A stretch of DNA of 64,000 nucleotides from Camelus ferus (Eukaryota): NCBI RefSeq assembly GCF_009834535.1, contig NC_045707.1:48424001-48488000 (forward strand). Reading direction: 5' to 3'. The position numbers and the translations under genes are program-made. The stretch's first letter is position 1. Each line of letters opens with the position of its first letter. The notes beneath the pieces are model-generated. The model was given only the letters and a program-made list of their open reading frames with translations, made no database searches and was not told the DNA's origin. This document shows positions 13,160 through 26,825 of this stretch, piece after piece.

Positions 13160-13345
13160 ATGATATTTTTGAGAGCTTACTATACTGAGTACTTAACATT
13201 GATAATTGCAGGCAGTCCTTTCAATGACCCCATGAGACAGGTACCATCTGGCAGATGAACATAATAAAGAGCAGTAAGTGGCAGAACCTGGGTTTGAAAA
13301 CCTAGACAGTCTAATTCCAGGGTAGGTGAAGCCACCATGCTATTG
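13160..13345 (-). mobile_element. MIR SINE
   Basis: gagcttactat...caatgaccccatgagacaggtacc...agtaagtggcagaacctgggtttgaa. Confidence 0.7.
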
Positions 13346-13389
13346 TGTTAATTTGAACACACAGCAAACCACAATTTAAATCCCCTGTA

Positions 13390-13670
13390 TTTTATTAATT
13401 TGCTCAAATATGTTTTGAGAATCTACTGTGTACCAAATATTCCTGTAGGCTCTGAAGATTCAGCAGTGATCAAAAGAGACAACTTTACTGCTCTCATGTT
13501 GCTTATATTCTGGTAGGGAAGGTAGCCGATAAACTCACAGATAAGTAAATAATGTAACTTCAGGTACTGATCTTTGTAAATAAAATATAGTAGAGTTTTT
13601 CCATGTGACTAGAGTGGGGTATTGAGTTTAGATGGATGATCAAGGTAGGGATTTCTTAGGTGAAGGCCTT
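13390..13670 (-). mobile_element. L2 3' fragment
   Basis: caaatatgttttgagaatctactgtgtacc...ctctcatgttgcttatattctggtaggg. Confidence 0.7.
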
Positions 13671-14524
13671 GGAGCTAGTATAAATTTGATGGAAGATAAT
13701 TAAGTTTAATGCACAGAAGTCTCAGGATCTGGTTTTAATTTTCACTTCACTATCCAGTGACATAGTTCCCACTGGTAGAAGTGTGTTATGTTATAACTAA
13801 AAATATTATCGATCTTCTACTTGAAGAGAAGTGAAACTGGCTAAGAATTGATTATTTCCAGGGTACTTGGTCATTCGTGCTTGGAAGGACTTCCTGGGAG
13901 TGACAAGTCCTTGGAAACCTGAAAAGATACTGAGGACTATGCCTAGAAACGTCAACAATAAACAATGCAGCAAATAGTGTGAGAAATAAGGGAGTACTAA
14001 AATCTGAGTAAATGTTAACTCCATTTTCAACAAAATCATTTCCTTTTCATGTACAATGATTCTGCATTGATAAAAGTCCTGGACCATCCCAGGCTCTCAG
14101 CTATACACTCTGCTAAATTTTGATCCTAAACTATATTTGCTCTCCAGTCATAGAAACTGCCATTGTTAGAGGCATTTTGATAGACTTTATAATAAAAGAT
14201 AAATGTTCTACCATGGAAGGAAAAGTACTCTTTAATTTAGAAATGGTAGGGGGAAAAAGTATTCTCTAGATTTCTTATTTTACAGTTTTTTTCAGTTAAT
14301 GAAAAAAAATGACAAATTCCCCATGAAGTTTTGAAACAGCTAAAAGTGGAAAGCAACATTAGCTAATGCAATAAAATATAATATATGATTAATTATTGAG
14401 CACACGTTCCTGAATTAGACACTACTGGAGGTTAGGGACATGAGCAACTTCACTGAGGGAGAAAATTGAATTTAGCAGGCATAAGCTCCCTCCGGTGTCA
14501 TGACTCAAACTTGACTATAATAAT

Positions 14525-14785
14525 AATATAATAGCCATCATTTATTAAGTGCATACTATGTGTCCAGCACTAGGAAGTGATTTACATATATTATCACATT
14601 TGTTCTTGGTAGGAGCCCTTTGAAGGAGAGACATCATTACTTTCATTTTGTAGATGAGGATACTGGGGCTCACCCAGGTTAGGCAATTTGCCCACGTGCT
14701 CACTACTGGTGAGTGGCAGAGTCGAATGCAAACCCATTCTGTGTGATTTGAAAGCATACACGCCCAACCACTGCACCTACTGCTT
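14525..14785 (-). mobile_element. MIR SINE, near full length
   Basis: catttattaagtgcatactatgtgtccagcac...cattttgtagatgaggatactgggg...gtggcagagtc. Confidence 0.85.
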
Positions 14786-15074
14786 CTTTTCTATGATTAA
14801 ATTTCCGCCTGTTTCTAATGTAACTTTCCTCTGGTTAAATACTATTGATTCTGCATATTCCTAAATTTCAATAGAATTCATGCTACTGTGTGTGCAAAAT
14901 GGAAACTAGAAAGGCAATGCATTTCTTTAAATATAAAGCTAAATATGTTATTAAGGATATTTCTTCTTCTAAATTATATTTTTCTTTCCTTTTTAGTTGT
15001 AGAGTGCTATTATTATTTGGTGGTTAAAACTGTGATATAAAATTTCCCTAGGTTAAACCCTAGCCAAATGTCAT

Positions 15075-15250
15075 AGCATCTGTGCAGTCTTGGACAATTT
15101 TACATCTTTCTGAGCCTCAGTATGCTCAACTCTCAACTGTAAAATGGGAAGAATGGTGCTAATCATACAGGCTGTTTTAATAATGGAAAGAGATGATGCC
15201 TAAAAGGTACACTGCAGACTGGTGCATAGTAAGTGCTCATGAAATGCCTG
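15075..15250 (+). mobile_element. MIR SINE
   Basis: ttctgagcctcagt...ctgtaaaatggg...catagtaagtgctca. Confidence 0.8.
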
Positions 15251-15304
15251 CCTCTTCAGTAAAAGTATTTACTTTTAAGAAATGATAGTGTTAATAGAAA
15301 GAAC

Positions 15305-16020
15305 TTTACACAGTTTATTTATTCTTTTAACTATTGAATAGATTATGCACTCATATGATCCAAGATTCAAAAAGTTCCAAAAAGTCCCATCCTTGACACC
15401 AGCTACCACTAATTTCTCTTCCCTGAAGGCACCCATTGTTATCATATTTTTCTCATATACTTTCAAAGATATTCTATGCAAATGCAAGAAAATATATGTT
15501 GGTGTATATATTCTATTTCTCCTCTTTTTGCCCAGCTGGTTGCATACAATATCCACTGTTCTAGAATTTCTCTTTAAAATAAATAACAGTATACAAACAG
15601 GTTCATTATTGTTTTTATGTATTCTCTGTGTTACAGTCTATTAATATCAAGTTACATTAACTTATTAACTAGTCCTCTGGGTCTTTAGGTTGCTTCCAGT
15701 ATTTTGCTACAAAAATAAATGTCCAGTAACCAACCTTGTATGTAGGTCATTTTATACATACGTGATATTTATCAAAAACTTTTCTAGAAGAAGAACTTCT
15801 GAGTAAACTGGTATCAATGCGTGTAATTTTGATGGATTTTGCTATCAATCAATTAAAACTCCTTCTAGCAATATATCCAAATTCCTGTTATCCCTCTTCT
15901 TCATCAGTATGTTATACTGTTCAATCTTCGCCTATGTAGTAGTGAAAAATGGGATCTCAGTATATGCTTACTTTATTTGTCCCTTATGAGTGAAATTGAG
16001 TGAATTATTTTCCATTTGTG
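15305..16020 (-). mobile_element. Old L1M (L1ME-like) 3' region
   Basis: tttaggttgcttccagtattttgct...gtgaaaaatgggatctcagt are antisense L1M motifs. Confidence 0.65.
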
Positions 16021-16059
16021 TTAGGCACAATTCAGAAGATGTCTTCTTAAAATTCTCAT

Positions 16060-16485
16060 CTCTGCCATAAAGATAACCTAATTAAACACTAATTTAGGCA
16101 CTGTCGTGGACTTGGCAGATATAATTAAAGTCACTAATCAACTGGCTTTTAAAAAGGGAGATTGTCCTGGATTATCTGGGTGAGTCCAATTTAGTTACAC
16201 AAGTCCTTGAAAAAAGAAGGAAGGAAGACAAAAGAGTCAATCAGAGAAATGCAGCCAAAGAGGTGGATAAATAAGGCAGAAGAGGAAGTCAGAGAGAACT
16301 AAAGCCTGAGAAGGACCCAACCCACCTTTGCTGCCTTTGACGATGGAGGGAGAGGGTATGAGCCAAGGAGCAGAGACTCTGAGAACAGCCCCTAGTTCAC
16401 AGCCAGCAGGGAAATGAGGTCCTCAGTCTAACAGCCACGTACAGCTGAACTCTGACAACCACCTGAATGTGTTTGGAAGCTTCAG
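16060..16485 (+). mobile_element. MLT1 (MLT1D/E-like) LTR fragment
   Basis: gggagattgtcctggattatctgggtgagtccaat...acagccagcagggaaatgaggtcctcagtc...ctgaactctgacaaccacctgaatg. Confidence 0.85.
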
Positions 16486-16799
16486 AACCATATACTGAAA
16501 AGAGTGAATTTTAATATATGTAAAGTTTACCTCAATAAAAACAAAACAGGGACAGATGAAATCTATGCTTAGGTAAAGAAGTAACAGAACATTTTCACAA
16601 CATGCAAGGTAAGAAATATGAGACACATACTTTTTATATTCTTCAAATGTAAGACCATTGACAACCAATCAAATAAAGTTATGAACGAGCTGGCCATCTG
16701 GGAACATCATTCCCACAAGCTTTTCCTTAGGAATCTACTAGAGAATGAGCTTCCTCCACTATAAAATGACTAGAGATACTCCATCATAAGGTCCGTGGG

Positions 16800-17580
16800 A
16801 TGCAAACTGAATATATTTAACTGTAGAACCAAGACAAAAAGATAAAAATAATTCGTGACAGAATGGTATGTAAATGAAATACACTCTAAGAAAAGAGATA
16901 TTCCACAACTAACAAAAACGTGAGAAGGGAGACTTCGTGGAAAGTAGAATTAGCTCCCTGGTATTTTCATAGCTATTAATAAGGGAGTACAGTATAACTT
17001 GAAATTCACAAATCAAGTAGAAATTAAGTACACTTATGAATAAAAACATGAAAACTAAAATTATACCAATGATTAAAACTGGAGAATGAGAAAGAGGAGA
17101 GAAGAAAGAGGAGTGGAGAAAGAAGCAGATATTGCTTAATTTCAATTTATCACTCACAGTAAAAACTAAAAGGAATAGGGGACTAAAGGTATTACAAAAA
17201 ATTATTAGTATAAAGGTAACTACTAAAGCAAAAATATATGTCTTCTAAATATCAAAAGAAATAACAAAACTATACAGAAATGAAACGGCAAAGTGAAAGA
17301 CATTTAAAAAAAAACCATGAGACAGTATTGTAGAACTAAGACTAAACCTATCAGTCACATCTGTAAGGTGAGCTTATTGCACATATGACAAGAAAAAAAA
17401 TTTTAGTTGGGCAAACAAAGCAAAATCCAACTCAAGACTCTGTAAAGAGATACACTTAAAGATATTTAGATGGTTAAAATAAAAAGAATTGGCAAAGAAA
17501 TAGGCAAATGTTAAGTACAAAAAAATGAGTCATGATGTTAGTAACAGATAAAATAAAATTCAGGCCAAAAGAAAAAAAAC
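16800..17580 (+). mobile_element. Old L1 ORF1/ORF2-endonuclease region remnant
   Basis: aaagcaaaatccaactc...aagagatacacttaaag resembles the L1 EN N-terminus (KQ.P.IC.LQETHL); strongly A-rich. Confidence 0.6.
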
Positions 17581-17814
17581 AGCTTGCTTTCGAGCATTAT
17601 GCCAATTCTATATGTAGAATGAAGTCCTCTCTTATTTCAGAATTTCAACTATTTGGGAAGAATTTAAATCTATATGAAGGAAGTAGAATGACTAAATGAA
17701 TTTCCTCGCAGCCATCTCTCAGCTCCAACAATTACCAACATTTTGTCTCTTTTATTTTGTCTGTCCTTACACTCACTCCCCAACTCCCACTTCATTATTC
17801 GTTACTATTGACTG

Positions 17815-18620
17815 TATTTTTTTTAAGTTAATACATGTAGGTACCTTTAAATTCACAAATCTTGACCATATAATTTTGATGAATATATTCTCTTCCTTAA
17901 CTCACAGCACATTGAGATAGAAAATCTATCATTTCAGAAAGTTCTCTTGAGTCTTTTAAATTAGTATCTCCCCTAACCCCTCACAGGAAACTACTATTTC
18001 AATTAAAAAAAATATATATATATATAATAAGGTTTGTCTGTTTAGAACTTCACATATATCAAATCATACAGAATATGATATGTTACATTCAGCTTCTTTC
18101 CTCAGCATATTATCTGATATTTCATTTATGATATTGGACATGTCAGTAATTTATTCCTTTTGATGGCTTAGTATCATTCTGCAAAATAAGTATTCCTTGT
18201 ATATCCTTTCTTCTGTGAATGTATACTTGGATTGCTTCCAGCTTCTGGTTACTGTGAAAAAATCTGGTATAAATATTCTTCTACAAAAAATTTAATGGGC
18301 ATTATTTTCATTTCTATTGGATAAGTATCCAGAAATAAAATTTCTCTAAGGTACACAGATGTTTATCTTTATAAGAAACTACCAAACCTTTGCTTAAAGT
18401 GGTTGGATCATTTACATTCACACTAGAAATGTATGGGAGTCAGGATGCTCCACATCTTTCCAGTATTTGGAATTGTCTTTTAAGTTTAGCCATCCTAATG
18501 TGTGTGCAGTGGTATCTGGTTGAGATTTTAACTTTTTTTCCTGATAACTAACAATTCTGGGTACTGTTTCATGTGGCAGATTAAAAATTACTTTTACATA
18601 TTCTGTCAACAATTATTTTT
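17815..18620 (-). mobile_element. Old L1M 3' region
   Basis: acttggattgcttccagcttctggttactgtg...aaactaccaaacc...ttagccatcctaatgtgtgtgcagtggtatct. Confidence 0.8.
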
Positions 18621-19114
18621 CAGTGCTTCAGTTTTATATATATATCAGGTTGTTCAAATGCATCTTTATTTGTGTTTGTTTTTTAATTTCTTATTGAAAC
18701 TCGATTAACTCAGATTTTACATCCTCCTCTTTAATTGGCATATCCTCCTTAAGCTATTACATCTCTTCTTCGTATTATTTTGCAAGGAGAACTACTTCAG
18801 TATCTTTTTTTAATGACAGCAAAATACTTAGTCTCAATTTTAAAATACTCCATGAAAACAATTCTCTTGTGAGAGTTTAATCTCTGTTTTTCTGTTATTC
18901 TTTTGATTCTTGTAGCATATTTTTATCAATCATTTTTGGGTAGTATTTTGAGTACTTAATTTTGAAGTTATTGTGTGTTTTCTGTACCATTTATTTGTAG
19001 GGGTTCATGATGAGAAACCACAATTTGCCTAAATTTTCCTTAGACTCAGGATTTTGGGTGAAAGTTTACCATATACTATTCTTGGACCAGTGGGAATGAT
19101 AACTTTGGTATCTG

Positions 19115-19132
19115 TATCTCTCTCTCTCCCTC

Positions 19133-19169
<37 letters not shown>

Positions 19170-19190
19170 ATTTATATCTATATATTTATA
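19115..19190. repeat. Compound (CT)n(GT)n(GTAT)n microsatellite
   Basis: Directly visible. Confidence 0.9.
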
Positions 19191-20131
19191 TTCTCTTTTA
19201 TTTCCAGGAGACAGAAAAGTTCTTTCAACTACAGCATATCATTCAATCTCCCTCTGCTTTTTAAAACAAAGCTGAAATCATGCGAGTTTGTATTGTTGAT
19301 ATGTACACCCGCTTCTGTTGCTGAAAACAAGTGATTAGATGTTTCCTTCAGAAAGTGGCTCCAGAAAAGTACTCTGATATTCCAAAATCCGTGGTTTCCA
19401 TTTTCTCTGTCACACTTTCGTTCCATTGCCACTGTTCTTGGAAACTCTCCATCTACTGCAAAATTTGGGGTTCCAGTTGTCTCCCGGTTTTGCTGAAATC
19501 ATATTTTGTGCTCTTGTTTCCTGGTCTCCCTTCTGCTTTCCATGATTTCTAAGAAAAAAGAGGGAGATGCTAATCTAAGCTGTCATCTTCAAACTGGCAG
19601 TGGTATTTTTTAAGACTTTTTTTTACTATATAAAAATCCTGTATCAGTATCTGCCCTTTCTCCCTCGTTAGTTTCTTTTCTAAAAAACTGAGTTATATTT
19701 TCAAAAGTTGTTGGTCCATGAAATTCAGAAGTCTGAAAAACAATGGGCGAGACAATCCATAGAATTCTTTCCAGTTTTAATTTTTAATTTTTCCAGTGGT
19801 GAGGACGATCTGTTTCCCTTCCCACCAGTAGTGGGGATAAATGAATACAAGCTGCCATTTGTCATAACAAAGACGCTTTCTGGGGGCTGAGCCATGGCTT
19901 GATGAAGAATTCCTTCTGCTTGTCTCCTAAAGGCTCAAGGCCTGGCAGAGTCTATAGTCAAAAGACAGTGTTGCTATTGTCTGCCTGCTACAATCCCTGG
20001 CAGGCATTTAGTTGTATTTATTTGAAGTAGCAGAACGAGCTGTGAAGAACACCAGTGGCCACACAAACTGCTTGAGTTTTCCGTTCATTCACTAGGCCAA
20101 TTATATATGGATATTTGGGAGAGTGAATGAC

Positions 20132-20152
20132 TGTGTGTGTGTGTGTGTGTGT
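20132..20152. repeat. (TG)n microsatellite
   Basis: Directly visible. Confidence 0.9.
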
Positions 20153-21339
20153 CCGTATGTGTGTGATAATGATCACTAGAGAGCCCCTCTCTGCCTGATA
20201 TTAGATTTTATAGATTCAAATAAAGCATGACTTACGTATTTTAGCAAATCCAATATTTAAAAAAATCAATGTTTACCAGTATCATTTGACAAAGGGATTT
20301 TTTTTTTGTCAGTGGCTTCCCCAGTGCATTTCAAAAGAGTTGATTTATCGCTCGCACCCCCAACTTTACTAGCAAAATTTAAGTACATGTCAACCATGTA
20401 CTGTGTGGTACACACATATGTATATTTGGGTGCCTCTAGTAGTTAGGAACCTCTCCAGTATTGCTAACAACTAACATTTGATAGAAGTTAAATTACTTCT
20501 GACTTGAGCTAAGAAGAACAATCAGAATAGATATTAAAGAGCTGCCTTCCTTAGCTTTCAAGTGATCTCATCAATGATTAAAACGAATAAATTAGCCAGG
20601 AGTATGAATGCCTCCTGATACATGGACTGTATCATATTGAAAAGTGCTTGTTTTATCAGCAACACCTTTCTGCAACCATAAAAGCTGAGCCATGATCTTA
20701 GTTTTGTTAAGCATCTCAGAAATTAGTTGTTCAGAGATTCTGCAAGACTGACGCAGTAAGAAAACTCTGGAAGCATTTCTCTACTAATTTACCCCCAAAT
20801 TTGCTAGTATACAATAGACAATGTACCTTTCCAGATACTGAGTACTAATATTTGTTCCCCTGGGTATCTCTTTCACAGTACCAGGGGAAATCAGAAGAAA
20901 GAAAATTTTATGTGCTGAGAACCTGCTCTATTTCCACAATTTTTTGCATTTGTTATCTCATTGAATCCTCAAGCAATTAATACAGTGCAGAGCAGAATTC
21001 AGTTAGTATGTGTTAAAAGGCCCTTGTTGTTTCTATTCTACTACTGTCTCAAGAGAGATAGAACTAGTCATTTGAAGTTTTAAGGTCAACAGAGGAATAC
21101 AGCAGAGTTCCAGATGACCTTGAGGGAGGATGAACCAAGATTTATGTAAAATCCCTGAGACTTGCTCTGTGTCTTAAGCTGTTGTTTCTCTGGCAAGTGG
21201 CTTAAATTTAGTCTATTGCTATAACTCATATACATCATGTGTGAGGCTTTTTTATCTTTACCTACTCTAAGAAATCATCACCAGATATAGCGGAATTGTG
21301 TTGTTTACATGATCTGTGTTTCAAATATCTACAAAAAGG

Positions 21340-21445
21340 TATACACAAATGGATATATGTATACATACTATGTATATATACATTTATATAGATGCACAAA
21401 TGTACATGTGTGTATATATGTTCTTTATGCATATGGGTGTGTGTG
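21340..21445. repeat. Degenerate TA/CA/TG low-complexity tract
   Basis: Directly visible. Confidence 0.7.
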
Positions 21446-23329
21446 ACCAAAGAAATCGAAGAGACAATTACTAGGGGAAGCTATATGGTGTTTCCTTTCC
21501 ATTATGGGAAGTATTTACAAACCATTGCTTGGCTAGATCACCCTCTCAACTTCATCTCTGAACATTCTGTTTACCTGGAGCTAACCAGATTGTTAAGAAT
21601 ATACCATACATATCTACATGGTCTGGTTAATTTGCTTCACAGTCATTCCTTTACCAACATGTCAGTCAATCCTGAGCTATTTTGGGGATCACCACTCACA
21701 ACAAACTAAACTCTATTTCAGTTTTTATGTCATTTAATACCAGGAATTAAAAATAACATTTTCTCTAGAGACAAGGAAAGATTGGTTTCATTTCTTCTCT
21801 CCACTTCTGGGAAGAATTATACATTCTACTCTCTTTTCATAAAGGTATAGAGTTATTGAACTGCATTCCCTCACCTTCTAAGCTGATTCCCAAACCTCTA
21901 TTTTTTACAGGAAGCTTCCTTTGAGGAGGATCTGTAATCCTAGAAACATACCTTCCTCACTTCACAAAGGCAGCACTTTGTAGCTCTGTGAGCTCAGTTG
22001 GCTGCCTTGAAGCCAATAGATTAGGAATTTCTGGAGGGCCTAACTCTTCCCCTTCTTCTGGTCAGTACTTACTCCTTAATTGTGAAATCATGGTGCACAA
22101 TAGATATTCATCAAAAAAGAGTTTAAATCAAAAGTAAAAAGGTGAGATTTTGTAATCTTACTGCCTTTGGGGTATTTTTTAGCTCACTAAATTACCCTTA
22201 CACTCTTTGTCCACTTTGGGTCTCAAAATTTTGTTTTCTGCTAAGAAAAAGGATAGTGGTCTAATTTCTGATGCAGAGCAGTGTACAATACTTTAAAGGT
22301 AGAGGATGCCAACTGGGTCATTTTCCCCACTCTGGAGCACAGAGTTACATCTTTCTCCTTTTGCTTTCCTCAGCCCTATGAACCAAAGAGGAAGTGTGAA
22401 GCAAACTTTTGTCGAGTCCCATGAGGGCTCTCTCAGGGTTGATTTCAAGCCTAATCTTTCACAGGAGGTGATTTTTACTGAATCTTAATATTACTCTCAA
22501 CTGCAAGCCTTCATCCCTGGCTTGCTGTGTGTTCATGGGCTCTCCTGCTTGCCAGAAGAGTCCCATAAAGGCAAGTCCTCTTGCTGAGGCAGACCACACA
22601 TTTCCTTGAGCACCTGCATGCCACAATATGCCCTTCTGCTCTGACCCTATGTGGGTTGTTTTTAACACTTTTTAAAGTCTCTGTAACCAAAAATAGAACA
22701 GCTGGTAAGGAAGCTGTGGGGGGGTTTTAACCATAAGCTTTAAGTCTAATTTTTCAAAATTCAGACTAGGAAAGAAAAACTGAACTAATTACCATTATTT
22801 TAAATTAATGAACAGAATGAATCTGAATGAAGAGAAAGACACCTGGAATTGAATATTTGGCCAACTCCTCCTAAAACTATTTTGGATTCAGTTTTTCCTC
22901 ACATCTGGTTAGTTTAGAAATTTTAGAAAAAGGACAGAGTGGGGGAGAATTAATAGAATTATCTGGATAGGTTATTTTTACATTTTCTTATCATCACAGA
23001 GATAAAAACTCACATTTTACTAACCATTAATCTAAATATACAATTTGCCTCTCAATAGTTTACACTTAAAATATTTACATTCTTTATTTTAGCTGAAGAA
23101 AAAAGGGTAAAAATATATGTAGCATGTACTAATATGTTCATACATGTGATTATATATATTTAATATATTCTCTACAGAAATATTTTAATGTTCAAATTCA
23201 ATGAATAGCAGTGATATTAAGAACCTGCTTTCTGCATGGCACTTTTGGTTGTAGAAAGCACAATTCAACATGGTCTTATTACTGAAAATGGTAAGAAGCT
23301 AACAATATCATACCAGGAACAATGGCAAC

Positions 23330-23570
23330 ATTTATGACTTCTATTATCACCGCTATTTGTATTGGGTTTTACAGCATTCACAGACATATGCACTTAACCT
23401 TCAGAAAAACTCAGTGAAAGAAATAGTTTTGGTGATATTTTTAACTCCATGTTACAGATGTGGAAACCAGAGTGATTTGCCCAAGGCCATGTGGTTAGGA
23501 AATGGTAGAGCCAAGATGTAAAAGCGCGTTTTCTGAATGGAGATTGTGTATTTTTTTCCATGACATCACA
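23330..23570 (-). mobile_element. MIR SINE
   Basis: ccatgttacagatgtggaaacc...tttgcccaaggccatgtggttaggaaatggtagagcc. Confidence 0.75.
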
Positions 23571-23662
23571 CAACTGGTCAGATAACAAAATAAGGTCAAG
23601 GTCATCAAGTGTCTGAAAAAATACTCATATGTGCTATAGCTGTTCAGAGATGAGAAAAAAAA

Positions 23663-23868
23663 TCACTGTCTAATAGAATTTTCTACCATAACAGAAATAG
23701 TCTATATCCTCACTGTATAATATGATAGCCAATAGTCACACGTAATTATTGAGCACTTGAAATGTGGTTATTAGTGGAACTGAGGAACTGAATTTTTAAT
23801 TACATTTAATTTTAATTAATTTAAATCACCACATGTGACTGATGGCTTCCATATTAGACAGAACAGGT
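23663..23868. mobile_element. MER3 (hAT-Charlie) non-autonomous DNA transposon
   Basis: cactgtctaatagaattttc...attgagcacttgaaatgtgg...actgaggaactgaatttttaatt...catattagacag; inverted ends ctgtctaata/tattagacag. Confidence 0.85.
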
Positions 23869-24880
23869 TGTAGATTATTCTCGGAGGAGAATCACTAAAT
23901 ACTTTCCAACTTGGAGTAGTCAAATGTAGATTGTGTTTTAGGATGTTAATGTGACTGTGCTAGAATTTTCTCCCAGGAGACACAGAGGACAGTTTGGTTG
24001 AAATTATTCATATCAATTCAGATTTGAATGGGCAAAGGCCTCAAACAGGAGGGGCGGCAGTGAAAGTGGAAACAGGAGAAGTTATGAAGAAGGAGTTTCT
24101 GGGACTTGAGTACTCATTAAATGTGAGAAAGCAGTTTTCCTTCTTCAGTGCCTGAGAGACAATGAAACAATTGAAAAAGAAATAGGTTAATAAGTACAGA
24201 CAGCTGGTTTTGAGGTAAAGACAATTTGATCTTTTTAAAGCATCCTCATAGGATATAAGAGAGAATTCATTACATGTCAAAGAAAAGAGTGTATCAACTC
24301 TAGAGTGCTTTAGAAATGCAAGATACCGAATTTAAAATATCTGATTGGAACTGTAAGCTCCAGGTCAGGAGCAAAGCTAATATCCAACACAGACTTTCCT
24401 TACTTCAAGTAAAGTGCTTGTTTAATTGCAACATTGCTGTGTTTTCTATCCTCTAAAGAATATGAAGGGAAGAAAGAAAGAAAAGGAAAGGAAAAAAGAG
24501 GCTTTAAAAAGAAGAGGGGGGCTAAGCTCACAGTCAATGGACTTACAGAAATCCAACCTTGAGGCTATGGCTTTTATATCTTGGTCTTCATCAATTAGTT
24601 TTAAAGTCTGTGGCTGACATTTAGTTCTATTTCCTATGGTAGGAAATTCAGGTAGCATTGGTTGAGCAATGGCTTTGTACTAAGCACTATAGCAGGCACT
24701 GGTATGGTTAAAGAGAATAATTCTCTGTCCTCAAGAAATCTACGTCTAATTGGGGCTTAAGGCAGGAACACAAATACTGTACTACAATAAGGAATATGTT
24801 GAACTTTGTTGTTCTGCTTGAGTTTAAAGGAAGAAAGGTGACATGACAATTCGCGAAGGACATCAGAAATGGGTTTTTGG

Positions 24881-25018
24881 TAAGTAAGCCTAACTACCTT
24901 CCCCCCTATACCTGCCTTAAAAATAAAATACATTAAAGAAAAAAGAAATAACAAGTCAGTTAATCAAAATAAAAAAAAATACAGAAATAATTTTTTTATT
25001 TAATAAAAATTTTTTAAA
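24881..25018 (+). mobile_element. 5'-truncated retroposed insertion, probably a camelid SINE tail with poly(A)
   Basis: Perfect 16-bp TSD agaaatgggtttttgg at 24865-24880 and 25019-25034; insert taagtaagcctaactaccttccccc followed by an A-rich tail. Confidence 0.65.
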
Positions 25019-25239
25019 AGAAATGGGTTTTTGGAGAAAATGATAATTTCATAAGTTGGCATAGAAGGATATTTAGAGCACTTTCAGATCTAGTCAGTAT
25101 GTCAAGGATACTCCAAGTACCAGATTAATTACAAGCCACATTATTACAGTAGACTTGTGAAGTGGTAGAGAAAATTTAACTAGCCTTTGAAAGACTAAGC
25201 TGGTAATGTAGGCTGGGGGTCATAACATGTGATATCTTG

Positions 25240-25870
25240 AAGGTTAGGTACATTAATTCTGTAAGTATTTGGTGAATATCTACCGGGTATTCTCTTGAGT
25301 TGTGAGGGGAAAAGGGAATGAATAAAACAGACCAATTCTCTACCATCATGACATATTTCAGTGGGAAAGAAACAGCGAACAAACAAACAAAAAATCATCG
25401 TTTAAGTATTTAGTCTTAATTGTGATATGTTCTTTTAGAAAAATAAAAATGACGTTTAAGTGTATAACAGAGAAACTTGGCATCTTCTAAAGAGTCAAGG
25501 AAGGCATTTCTGAGGAAGTTACAATTTAAGCTGAGGCCTGAAAGACATTCAGACATTAATTGGGTAAAGTGAGTTTGGAAAGTTGGACAGAGGAGGGTGG
25601 GGGGACACAGTGATTGTTCCAGACAGAGGAAGTAGCATGTTCAAAAGTCCTAGGGCAGGTATAAACTTAACTAGTTCAAGGGACCGAAAGAAAGTCCATT
25701 TGGAATGTGTGTGGTAGTGATGAGGGTGAGTAGTAAGAAATAAAATCAAGGAAGCAGATCGAGGCCAGATTAGGGCCAGATCAGGCAGGGTCCTGTGGTC
25801 GACTTAAAAGTATTTTGACCTTTATTTTAAGAGCAACAAGAAGCCAGTGAATGATTTCTAAAAGGGGGTG
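25240..25870 (-). mobile_element. L2a fragment
   Basis: aggcatttctgaggaagttacaatttaagctgag...ttccagacagaggaagtagcatgttcaaaagtcc. Confidence 0.8.
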
Positions 25871-26399
25871 GCATCAAGACAGGGATACTGTACCTAGCAG
25901 AGTTTTAATTTGCAAACATTGTAATCTGCTTTATCTAGTTCACACAGAATTATTAAAGATATAACTGATTTTAACAGGAAAATTAAAGGTATGAATTAGT
26001 TAAAGAGAAAGTGAAATTACTGTGGAATATTAGGATAAGAGAATTAGGATACACAGCCAGGGGCTACAGGGCTGCTCCATTATAGACCCTACTGCCACCA
26101 CTGCTGCTGGGAAAAGGGACCTCAGGCTTCATCACTGATGCTGACTACAGGATGCTGCTAGTAAGACTTCAGCTGGCACTGTCTCTGAAATACCGGTGCC
26201 TATCCACCATGTTCTTTTTCTCTTCAGAATGAATCTCTCTACTTATGTCACTGCCTTCTAAATTAAAATCATGGGTATGTTTGATAGGTCATGTATCTTG
26301 GGGAAACATGAATTTTTAAGATGGAAATTCCTCAAATATAAAGAAAGCAGTTCCTGGATAACCAAAAGGATGTAAATGTCCATAAAAAGGGCTGTATTC

Positions 26400-26825
26400 A
26401 ATTTTGTAGAAGTCATTAAAATCTGTGAGCAAAAGAGATCCATGATTAGAGCTATATTTCAGGAAAATAAATTTGGCAATCATATGTAGGTTAATGGGTT
26501 TGAAGGAGAAATCTGATAGGAGGCTTTTGCAAACTCCTGATGTGGCAGAAAGCGTCTGAACTTGAAAATTGGAAGTAGAAAAAACATGACATATATGAGA
26601 AACAATTTGGGCAAGAGTATCTATATCACACTTTTAAAATGGAAAAGATCATAGCTGGCTCTAAGTTTCCAAGCTTGGGTGACTATGAGAATGGGGGAAC
26701 CAGTGAGGGAATTTCTGAGTATTTTTTGAGATGCTCTTGGAATGTTCAAATGAAATTTCCACTAGGTAGCTGGAAATTAGTTTCTCGAGGTTAGAAAGAC
26801 ATAAGGACTAGGGGCATAGACACTG
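26400..26825 (-). mobile_element. L2 fragment
   Basis: gtttccaagcttgggtgact...aaatgaaatttccactaggtagctggaaat. Confidence 0.55.

Noticed and set aside
20855..20889. 9-bp inverted repeat ttcccctgg...ccaggggaa
   Set aside because: A few 9-bp stems with short loops are expected by chance in 64 kb.
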